Below the pieces are notes generated by a model. The model searched no databases and was not told where the DNA came from. It worked only from the letters and a program-made list of their open reading frames with translations. From Chlamydiota bacterium (GTDB lineage: Bacteria > Auribacterota > Tritonobacteria > UBA1439), in assembly GCA_037133055.1 (NCBI GenBank), contig JBAXOY010000074.1, forward strand, positions 1 to 15,724: DNA of 15,724 nt. Direction: 5' to 3'. Made by a program: the position numbers and the translations under genes. Position 1 is the stretch's first letter. Every line of letters starts with the position of its first letter. Below, piece after piece: positions 1 through 6,453 of the stretch.

Positions 1-525
1 CGGCGCTCCGGCGGCTGCCGGCGCTATCGCGGGGGCGGGCCCGCCCGCGCCGCTCTGCCCGCCGTAGGGAGCGACCGCCTCGGACGGCGCGGCCTGCCCG
101 GGGGCCATCGAGCCGCCCGGGGTCTCACCCTTCCGGTTGACGACCTTCTGCGGCCCGTCGAGGAGCGAGCCGCTCGTCATGATCGGGATCTTCACCGACT
201 TGGTGGACTTCTCTCCGGCCGTATCCACGAACTTGAGCTTGATCTTGTCGCCGGAGGTCCCGTCCACGGTGATCGTGAAACTCCCGTCGGGGTTGACCGG
301 CGCCTCGCCCTTCTCCGCCGTGTCCTTGTCGAGCGCCACGACCTTGATCGGGGCGGCGCCCATGACCGTGCCCGGCGGGCCCTGGATGACGTACCTGCCC
401 GTGTTGCTTACGGGGGTGAAGGTGAAGTTGTCCTTGTTCACCTTCGGCCCCGCCGCAAGGAGATCGCCCGCCGCGCACGAGAGCGCGAGGACGACCGCGA
501 AAGCGACGACGATTCTCGACTTCAT
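1..525 (-). CDS. Secreted protein with probable Ig-like beta domain and Pro/Ala/Gly-rich tail; 3' end lies outside the window
   Basis: Not in the ORF track; translated by hand from ATG 525 (SD GGGGAGGAAGAG): MKSRIVVAFAVVLALSCAAGDLLAAGPKVNKDNFTFTPVSNTGRYVIQGPPGTVMGAAPIKVVALDKDTAEKGEAPVNPDGSFTITVDGTSGDKIKLKFVDTAGEKSTKSVKIP... The frame is open to position 1. It has a signal peptide, and the 'PDGSFTITV...GDKIKLKFVDTAG' pattern is typical of bacterial Ig-like domains. Confidence 0.8.
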   Translation of the reverse strand, partial: MKSRIVVAFAVVLALSCAAGDLLAAGPKVNKDNFTFTPVSNTGRYVIQGPPGTVMGAAPIKVVALDKDTAEKGEAPVNPDGSFTITVDGTSGDKIKLKFVDTAGEKSTKSVKIPIMTSGSLLDGPQKVVNRKGETPGGSMAPGQAAPSEAVAPYGGQSGAGGPAPAIAPAAAGAP

Positions 526-592
526 CTCTTCCTCCCCTGATGATTCCCCGCACCGCGCGGGGGATGATGGTGACGGGGGCCTGAAAACCCCC

Positions 593-1837
593 CTATTCCG
601 GCTTCACCCCCGCGGGCGCCGGCGGCGCTTCACGCGGCGGGGCGGCTCCCCCCGCAGCCTTGTCGGCGAGCGTGCAGTCCACCCGGTTGCCGGTCTTGCC
701 GGTGAGCTCGACCCCCACGTTGGGGAGGGTCTCCATCAGTGTGTCGAAGTCGCTCCAGATCGCCCCGTCCACCTCCGCGTCGAGCTCGAGGACCTCGTTG
801 GCCCAGCTCCGCTCGGAGACGTTCTTGACGCCGCGTATCGCGGCGAGGTCCTTCTCGATGGCCCGCCGGCGGTCGTTCGTGGCGTGGATGGCGATGATCT
901 GGATGGAGACGGTGTTGAACGCCTCGCTCCGCCACTTTTCAAGTATCTGGTCGCGCATCGCCGAGGCGAGCTTCTCGCCGGCGATCCTCAGCGCCTCCTT
1001 CGCGGCGGTCGAGCGCCCGCCCTTCACCACGCGGCCAGAGGTGACGCTCTCGCTCGCGATGATCTGGGCGTTGTCGGTCTTCACCGCCTTGGCCGATATC
1101 TGCGCGTCGCAGTGGAAGACCGCGACCCCGTGGGGGCTGCTCTGGTCCATCTGGGCGCTCGTCGCCTCGCCGATGATCACCACCTCCGCGCCGAAGCGCT
1201 TGCCGAGCGTGGCGGCCTTGTTCGGGTCGTTGTAGGCGGTCTGCTCGTCGCGCGCATTGATGGCGCTCATCTGGCCCCGGTCCACGAGCGGAAAATCAAG
1301 CCGCAGCAGCTCCTTCTCCATCGCCGTCTGCGCCACCGAGCCGCCCTTCTGGAAATCGGCCCCGTAAACCGGGTCCTCGAAGAACTCCCGGATCATCACC
1401 ATCATCCGCGGGTTGTTCTTCTTCGCCTTGATGATGTTCAGGGCGCGGACGTCCTTCTCGAGCTGGGCGAGCGCCACCGTCGCCTGGATCGTGACGCGGT
1501 AGATCCCCTCCTCGCCGTTGTTGTCCTTGACGACCTTGAAGCCGGTGATGTACCCCTTCACCTGCGTGAGCACCTTGTCGTCGATGAGCTGGAAGTTCTC
1601 GACCATGGTCTCCGAGTCGACGAGCGTCCCGACGCTCTGCTCGATCGCGCGGCGCTGGGCGCGGTTCGTCGCCTCGTCCTTCGCGCGGAGCAGCGCGTCC
1701 GGCCCGCTCCCCCGCACCGCGGCCTCGCCGGTCGCCACGACCTCCTTCTCCGGGACCGCGGCCGCGCCGGCGCAGAGCGCCACGCTCAGGACCGCCGTCG
1801 CCGCCCAGAGGACATCCCGCCTCGCACGATTTGTCAT
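593..1837 (-). CDS. Exported FlgT N-terminal-domain-like protein (LPP20-related N domain, CsgG/TolB-N-like middle domain, small alpha/beta C domain), 414 aa
   Basis: Strong SD (GGAGGAGG) and signal peptide. 'VVATGEAAV...AKDEATNRAQRRAIEQSVGTLVDSETMVENFQLIDDKVLTQVKGYITGFKVV' matches the FlgT_N pattern, and 'AATLGKRFGAEVVIIGEA' matches CsgG/TolB-N-like folds. Confidence 0.75.
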   Translation of the reverse strand: MTNRARRDVLWAATAVLSVALCAGAAAVPEKEVVATGEAAVRGSGPDALLRAKDEATNRAQRRAIEQSVGTLVDSETMVENFQLIDDKVLTQVKGYITGFKVVKDNNGEEGIYRVTIQATVALAQLEKDVRALNIIKAKKNNPRMMVMIREFFEDPVYGADFQKGGSVAQTAMEKELLRLDFPLVDRGQMSAINARDEQTAYNDPNKAATLGKRFGAEVVIIGEATSAQMDQSSPHGVAVFHCDAQISAKAVKTDNAQIIASESVTSGRVVKGGRSTAAKEALRIAGEKLASAMRDQILEKWRSEAFNTVSIQIIAIHATNDRRRAIEKDLAAIRGVKNVSERSWANEVLELDAEVDGAIWSDFDTLMETLPNVGVELTGKTGNRVDCTLADKAAGGAAPPREAPPAPAGVKPE

Positions 1838-1952
1838 GAACCCGTCTCCTCCTCCCCCGCTCCCGCTTCACCCGGAACGGGCGGGCCCGGCGCCGGGCCC
1901 GCGCCGGCGCACCGTACCGGGCATCCACCCCCGCGCCGCCGGGGAGCATGTT

Positions 1953-2309
1953 CTACTGCACCACCGTCCCCTGCTCGGTCACCGTCCCCGTGTTCTCGAT
2001 GACGCCGGGGCCCGGCCCGATCGGCCCGGCGGGCGGCGGCACCATCACCCCGTGCACGCCCACGTCCCCGCCGCTCTCGACCGTGAGCGGCGCCATCCGC
2101 GGCTGCCCGCCGATCCCGCGCGCCCCCTTGACCGTGACCGTGTCGCCCCTCGCCTTGATCTTCATCGTCCTGTCGGGCGATTTCATTTTCACGATCTCGC
2201 CGTTCGGGCCGTACATCACGTCCGTGCTCTTCAGCGTGGGAATCTTGCAGCCGGCGGCGAGCGCCGCCGCCAGGCAGACGCAGACCGCGACCAGCGCCGT
2301 CCTTCTCAT
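1953..2309 (-). CDS. Small lipoprotein, 118 aa, Pro/Gly-rich
   Basis: SD GAGGAGG; MRRTALVAVCVCLAAALAAG-C lipobox; co-oriented within the operon. Confidence 0.8.
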   Translation of the reverse strand: MRRTALVAVCVCLAAALAAGCKIPTLKSTDVMYGPNGEIVKMKSPDRTMKIKARGDTVTVKGARGIGGQPRMAPLTVESGGDVGVHGVMVPPPAGPIGPGPGVIENTGTVTEQGTVVQ

Positions 2310-2322
2310 GAGTGCACCCTCC

Positions 2323-2505
2323 TCACTTGTACTCGACCCGCTCCGCCGGACGGTAGATGACCTTGTTCCCGCCGTCCTTCGTCTCCTGCTCGACCCATCC
2401 CTGGGGAGTCGGGACGAGATACGACTCCTTCTTGAACATCCCGCAGCCGCACGCGAGAAGAGCCGCGGCGACCGCCAGTACCCCCCGCACCATCGTCCTG
2501 CTCAT
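2323..2505 (-). CDS. Small lipoprotein, 60 aa
   Basis: Likely true start is ATG 2505, inside the 2323..2775 ORF, with a purine-rich SD (GAGGGGGAAGG): MSRTMVRGVLAVAAALLACG-CGMFKKESYLVPTPQGWVEQETKDGGNKVIYRPAERVEYK. Lipobox LACGC. Confidence 0.75.
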   Translation of the reverse strand: MSRTMVRGVLAVAAALLACGCGMFKKESYLVPTPQGWVEQETKDGGNKVIYRPAERVEYK

Positions 2506-2546
2506 GCCTTCCCCCTCTCTCGCGGGACCTCGCCCGGGGCGGGTCC

Positions 2547-2696
2547 CTATTCCACCACGGTATCCTGCGAAATCGGCACGCCCGGATCTGTGATCTCCTC
2601 GGAGACCCTCGGGATGTACCGCTTCTTGCAGCCGCCTGCCGCCGCCGCGCCGCACACCACCAGCGCCACCGCGAACCACGTGATCGCGCGTCTCAT
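2547..2696 (-). CDS. Very small lipoprotein, 49 aa (absent from the ORF track)
   Basis: Hand translation: MRRAITWFAVALVVCGAAAAGG-CKKRYIPRVSEEITDPGVPISQDTVVE*. SD AAGGGGAGG upstream; lipobox AGGC; fills the gap between 2505 and 2733. Confidence 0.75.
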   Translation of the reverse strand: MRRAITWFAVALVVCGAAAAGGCKKRYIPRVSEEITDPGVPISQDTVVE

Positions 2697-2732
2697 AGCT
2701 CACGCCTCCCCTTAATGCGCCCTCCCGCCGCG

Positions 2733-4067
2733 TCATTCCCCCTGCGCAAGCTGGGTGCCGCTCACGATCTGCCACAGCCCCTCGAGCGGCAGCTCCATCG
2801 TCACCTCGATCGTGCCGTCCGGCATGATCGTCGGCTCGCCCACCACCTGCGCGCCGGCCATGTACCGGCTCACCTGGGCCTGCACCTGATCGTGCACGGT
2901 CACGTAGTCCTTGACCGTGGTGCTCGAGTCGATGTGGACCCCGTACACCTTCTCGACAAGATTCCTCCGCGCCACCGCCTCAGCCGCACGCTCCGTCTCG
3001 AGCCGCGCGGCGGTGCCGAGGGACCCCTCCTTCGGCACCCCGGTGCCGTTCGCCTTCACCGTCTGGCTGACCCAGGGCGGCACGGCCTGCGCGGCCCCGC
3101 CGGGCTGCATCGCCGCGCCGGTCGAGCCGGTCGCGGAGCTCTTCAGGTACCCCTTGCCCGGGACAGCGCCGTTGCCGGTCGCCTTGATGACCTTCGGGGG
3201 GCCCCAGTCGATGATCTTCTCAAACTGCACGTCGTGGAAGACGCACTGTGCCGGGAAACCGGCGTGGGTGTGCGTGCGGATCGTGTTGAGCTGTTTGATT
3301 ACGTCCTGGATCGTCACCTCGACGTCCACCTCGCAGATGCCGTCCGGCATGTAGCGGTACTGGCTCGCCTCCTTGATCCCGCTGATGAAGGTGTTCAGGC
3401 TCGTCTGGACCTGGTCGTTCAGGACCGCGAAATCCCTGACATACGTGCTCCCCGAGATCCTCAGTCCCTTCACCGTCTCGGCGAGGTTGCGCCTCGCGTC
3501 GGTGAGCGCCCCGCGCTCCGCGAGCAGCCGGCCCTGGGTCGTCACGTTCTCCCATCCCGGGATGCCCTGGGTCTTCACGCTCACGTTCTTCGGGACGTTT
3601 GACTCGGCCTTCTGGCTCGGCGGCAGCCCGACGCCGGTGGCCCTGAATACGGTCTTCTTGGTGTACTGCCCCATCTGATCGAAACTCATCCGCGTCCGCT
3701 TCTTGTTCGGGTAATCCAGGTTGATCCTCTTCAGGCACTGCATGACCTGCTGGAGCGTCACCTGGACGTCCACCTCGCAGGTGCCGTCGGGCAGGTAGCG
3801 CGGCATCCCGTCGACCTTCAGCCCCTTGATGAAGCTGTCGAGCGAGGACTGTATCTGGTCGCTTTCAGCGACGTAGTCGCGCACGTAGGTGCTGGCGCTG
3901 ATCTGCAGCCCCTTGATCTGTTCCGTGAGCTTGCGGTAGGCGTCCACCTGGGCGGCCCGCTTCGCCATCAGCTTGTCCTGCCCCGCCGTGAGCGGCTGGG
4001 ACAGGGCGGGCGACGCCGCGGCCACTGCCGCGAAGCACACCCCCACTGCCAGTGCTCTCATTTTCAT
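2733..4067 (-). CDS. Exported protein with three LPP20/FlgP-like repeats, 444 aa
   Basis: SD AAGGAGG and Sec signal peptide. Three repeats: LMAKRAAQVDAYRKLTEQIKGLQISASTYVRDY / LLAERGALTDARRNLAETVKGLRISGSTYVRDF / LETERAAEAVARRNLVEKVYGVHIDSSTTVKDY, each followed by PDGx[CI]EVx[VM]. Confidence 0.8.
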   Translation of the reverse strand: MKMRALAVGVCFAAVAAASPALSQPLTAGQDKLMAKRAAQVDAYRKLTEQIKGLQISASTYVRDYVAESDQIQSSLDSFIKGLKVDGMPRYLPDGTCEVDVQVTLQQVMQCLKRINLDYPNKKRTRMSFDQMGQYTKKTVFRATGVGLPPSQKAESNVPKNVSVKTQGIPGWENVTTQGRLLAERGALTDARRNLAETVKGLRISGSTYVRDFAVLNDQVQTSLNTFISGIKEASQYRYMPDGICEVDVEVTIQDVIKQLNTIRTHTHAGFPAQCVFHDVQFEKIIDWGPPKVIKATGNGAVPGKGYLKSSATGSTGAAMQPGGAAQAVPPWVSQTVKANGTGVPKEGSLGTAARLETERAAEAVARRNLVEKVYGVHIDSSTTVKDYVTVHDQVQAQVSRYMAGAQVVGEPTIMPDGTIEVTMELPLEGLWQIVSGTQLAQGE

Positions 4068-4127
4068 TCCCTTCCTCCTTTCGTCCGCTTTCGTGTACGT
4101 CCGTTTCGTCCGCTATCCCCACGGCGG

Positions 4128-4661
4128 TCAGGGCCTGCGCAGGTCCCCGCCGCCGAGAATTTCCTTCCACTCCTCCTCGCGCATCGGCCCCCTTCCCTTC
4201 TCCACGAGGAGTAATCCATCATCGCTCCCGGGGGCAACGGCCCCCTGCGCCGGGGGATGCGCGGGCACCATGAATTCGACGTCGACCTCCACATCCCCGT
4301 CCCGGTAATAGCGGGTCTCCATGACCTCGACGCCGCGGACAAACCCGCTCACCGCCTCGTTTCCGGTCCCGGCGATAATGCCCGACCGCGACTGCCCGAG
4401 CGTCTTCGCCGCGCGCTTGTACGCCTCGACCACGGCGGCGCGCTTCGCCATGAGCCTCTGCTTCGCCGCCGATCCCGTCCGGCCAGGCGCGCGCCCCCTG
4501 CCGGTCGTTCTCACGCGGCCCATCGCGGCCGACGGGACCGGGGGCGTGAGCTCGACGGCGCGCGGGGGGGGCGGCGCGGGCGTGCGGCCCGCTCCCGCGG
4601 CGCACGCCGCCGCGAACGCCACCGCCGCGACAATCATAGTAGAGCCCGTTGCCCGATGCAC
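4128..4661 (-). CDS. LPP20/FlgP-like lipoprotein, about 177 aa, first gene of the operon
   Basis: GTG 4661 with SD GGGGGAGGGG. ATG 4706 lies upstream of the predicted sigma-54 +1 (about 4704). Lipobox FAAAC, poly-Pro linker, 'VRTTGRGRAP...QRLMAKRAAVVEAYKRAAKTLG...VSGFVRGVEVMETRYYRDGDVEVDVEF'. Confidence 0.75.
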   Translation of the reverse strand: MHRATGSTMIVAAVAFAAACAAGAGRTPAPPPPRAVELTPPVPSAAMGRVRTTGRGRAPGRTGSAAKQRLMAKRAAVVEAYKRAAKTLGQSRSGIIAGTGNEAVSGFVRGVEVMETRYYRDGDVEVDVEFMVPAHPPAQGAVAPGSDDGLLLVEKGRGPMREEEWKEILGGGDLRRP

Positions 4662-4714
4662 GTTAAAAATCCCCTCCCCCGTCCCCCGCGCACGTTTCCA
4701 TCTCACTTTAGTCT

Positions 4715-4730
4715 AGCAAGTCGAGTGCCG
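4715..4730 (-). promoter_or_regulatory. Sigma-54 (-24/-12) promoter of the LPP20/FlgT-like operon
   Basis: Minus strand reads CGGCAC-TCGAC-TTGCT, against consensus TGGCAC-N5-TTGC(A/T), with exact GG-N10-GC spacing. It lies about 55 nt upstream of the first gene and next to a sigma-54 activator gene. Confidence 0.85.
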
Positions 4731-4869
4731 AATATGTACTAAATTGCGCCATTCCTCCTGTCATCTTATCGTTCTTTCCCGCAGCATATTATGGCCTTCG
4801 TCCGCGGCTCATCCGTCCCGCCCCTTTTCCCGCGTTGCTCCATTACGGCCCGCCCCCGCGGGCACCTGA

Positions 4870-4911
4870 TGCAAAACGCTGCAAAACGCTGCACACGTTG
4901 CGTTCGCCGCA
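4870..4911. promoter_or_regulatory. Candidate upstream activator (enhancer) sequences
   Basis: TGCAAAACGC-TGCAAAACGC-TGCA gives two overlapping TGCA-N6-TGCA dyads with 10-bp period, followed by TGCG-N5-CGCA. About 165-205 bp upstream of the predicted sigma-54 start site. Confidence 0.5.
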
Positions 4912-4927
4912 CGCGCTGTGGTATAGT
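4898..4927 (+). promoter_or_regulatory. Sigma-70-type promoter of the activator gene
   Basis: TTGCGT-N18-TATAGT with extended -10 TG (TGgTATAGT); ends 9 nt before ATG 4937. Confidence 0.55.
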
Positions 4928-4936
4928 GAGCGCGCT

Positions 4937-6442
4937 ATGTCGGCGAAACCCGAGAGCGCCCACCTCAAGCTCCTCGACAGGGAGCAGCTCATCGCCCTGC
5001 TCGACGCCAGTTCCCTGCTCACCTCCACCCTCGATTCGCGACGGGTGCTGAACTCGCTCATGGAGCTCACGAACCGCCTGCTCCACACCGAGGCGAGCTC
5101 CCTCCTGCTCATCGACGAGAGGGGGAAGCGCCTCATGTTCAAATCCACCGCGGGCGCGAAGGCGAACGAGGTCATGCGCTTCACCATCGACGCGGACAAA
5201 GGCATCGTCGGGTGGGTGATCCGGAACAAAAAGCCGTATATCGCGCACGATGTGGCGGCGGACGCCGAGTGGTCGCACGAGGTTTCGGAGATGCTCGGCT
5301 TCCCGACGCGCTCCATCCTCTGCGTCCCGATCATCCTGCGCGACCGGCTGCTGGGGGCGCTCGAGGCGATCAACAAGAAGGACGACGGGACCTTCGGCGC
5401 CGCCGACGTCGCGCTCCTCACCACGCTCGCCAACCACGCCGCGCTCGCCCTCGAGAACGCCCGTCGGCACACCGAGCTCGAGGCCGACGCCCGGAATATG
5501 CTTGACCAGATCCGCCGCGCGCACACCCTCGTCGGCGCGGGCCCCCTGATGAAGGGGCTCCTGGAGACCATCCGGAAGGTGACGCCCTCCGACTCCACCC
5601 TCCTCATCCGGGGCGAGAGCGGCACGGGCAAGGAGCTCATCGCGAGGACCATCCACTACGACTCCCCGCGCCGGGCCAAGCCGTTCACCTGCGTGAACTG
5701 CACGCTCTACAGCGAGACGCTCATCGAGAGCGAGCTCTTCGGCCACGAGCAGGGCGCGTTCACGGGCGCCGCGAAGCGGCGGATCGGGCGATTCGAGCAG
5801 GGCGACGGCGGCACGATCTTCCTCGACGAGGTGGGCAGCATCTCGCCCGAGGGGCAGATGAAGCTCCTCCGCGTGCTCCAGGACCGGGAGTTCGAGCGCC
5901 TGGGGGGGTCGGAGACGATACGGGTGAACGTCCGCATCATCGCCGCCACGAACGAGGACCTCGAGAAGGCGATCGCGGGAGGGAAATTCCGGGAGGACCT
6001 CTACTACCGGCTGAAGGTCATCGAGATCACGGCCCCCCCGCTGAGGGAGCGCGCGGCCGACATTCCGGCGCTCATCGCGCACTTTCTGGAGGGGCATTCC
6101 GCCCGCGGGGGGCGCGGGTTCGCGCGGGTGAGCCCCGGGGCGATGGAGCTGCTCAAGGCCTACCGCTGGCCGGGGAACGTCCGCGAACTCAATAACGTCA
6201 TCGAGCGTGCCGTCGTCCTCGGGAGCGGCGACACGCTCCTCCCGGAGCACCTGCCCCCCGAGATCGCGGCCCCCTCGCCGGAGAAGCGGGGCGGGCTTAC
6301 GCTCGAGGATGCGGAGCGGGAACGCATCGTGCAGACGCTGGAGAGCGCGGGCGGGAACAAGAGCCTCGCCGCGAAGACGCTCGGCATATCCCGCAACCGG
6401 CTCGACCGGAAGCTCAAGTCTTACGGCATCGCCCAGCGCTGA
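4937..6442 (+). CDS. Sigma-54-dependent enhancer-binding protein, GAF + AAA+ + Fis-type HTH (NifA/FhlA-like architecture), 501 aa
   Basis: GAF domain (KGIVGWVIRNKKPYIAHDV...TRSILCVPII...LGALEAINK), Walker A GESGTGKEL, ESELFGHEQGAFTGA, Walker B IFLDEV, RFRED-like KFREDLYYRL, WPGNVREL, HTH NKSLAAKTLGISRNRLDRKLK. Start set at ATG 4937, just downstream of the promoter. Confidence 0.95.
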   Translation: MSAKPESAHLKLLDREQLIALLDASSLLTSTLDSRRVLNSLMELTNRLLHTEASSLLLIDERGKRLMFKSTAGAKANEVMRFTIDADKGIVGWVIRNKKPYIAHDVAADAEWSHEVSEMLGFPTRSILCVPIILRDRLLGALEAINKKDDGTFGAADVALLTTLANHAALALENARRHTELEADARNMLDQIRRAHTLVGAGPLMKGLLETIRKVTPSDSTLLIRGESGTGKELIARTIHYDSPRRAKPFTCVNCTLYSETLIESELFGHEQGAFTGAAKRRIGRFEQGDGGTIFLDEVGSISPEGQMKLLRVLQDREFERLGGSETIRVNVRIIAATNEDLEKAIAGGKFREDLYYRLKVIEITAPPLRERAADIPALIAHFLEGHSARGGRGFARVSPGAMELLKAYRWPGNVRELNNVIERAVVLGSGDTLLPEHLPPEIAAPSPEKRGGLTLEDAERERIVQTLESAGGNKSLAAKTLGISRNRLDRKLKSYGIAQR

Positions 6443-6453
6443 CTCTCACACCC

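Noticed and set aside
125..553. 142-aa minus-strand ORF
   Set aside because: Arg/Gly-rich wrong-frame product; the alternative frame from ATG 525 has an SD, a signal peptide and normal composition.
137..2002. 621-aa plus-strand ORF
   Set aside because: Antisense shadow of two well-supported minus-strand genes; long open antisense frames are expected in GC-rich DNA and it has no recognisable motifs.
2506..2775. N-terminal extension of the 2323..2775 ORF
   Set aside because: Overlaps the 49-aa lipoprotein gene and the end of the 444-aa gene; the signal peptide begins at ATG 2505.
593..4661. Assigning flgT/flgP symbols or calling this a flagellar locus
   Set aside because: Only domain-level resemblance; no flgO or core flagellar genes in the window.
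4860..4873. GGCAC...TGC on the plus strand as a second sigma-54 promoter
   Set aside because: GG-to-GC spacing is 8-9 nt, not the required 10.
4766..6250. 494-aa minus-strand ORF
   Set aside because: Antisense shadow of the sigma-54 activator gene.
4937..6442. Naming the activator nifA or fhlA
   Set aside because: Domain architecture alone is shared by many activators, and there are no nif or formate hydrogenlyase genes in the window.
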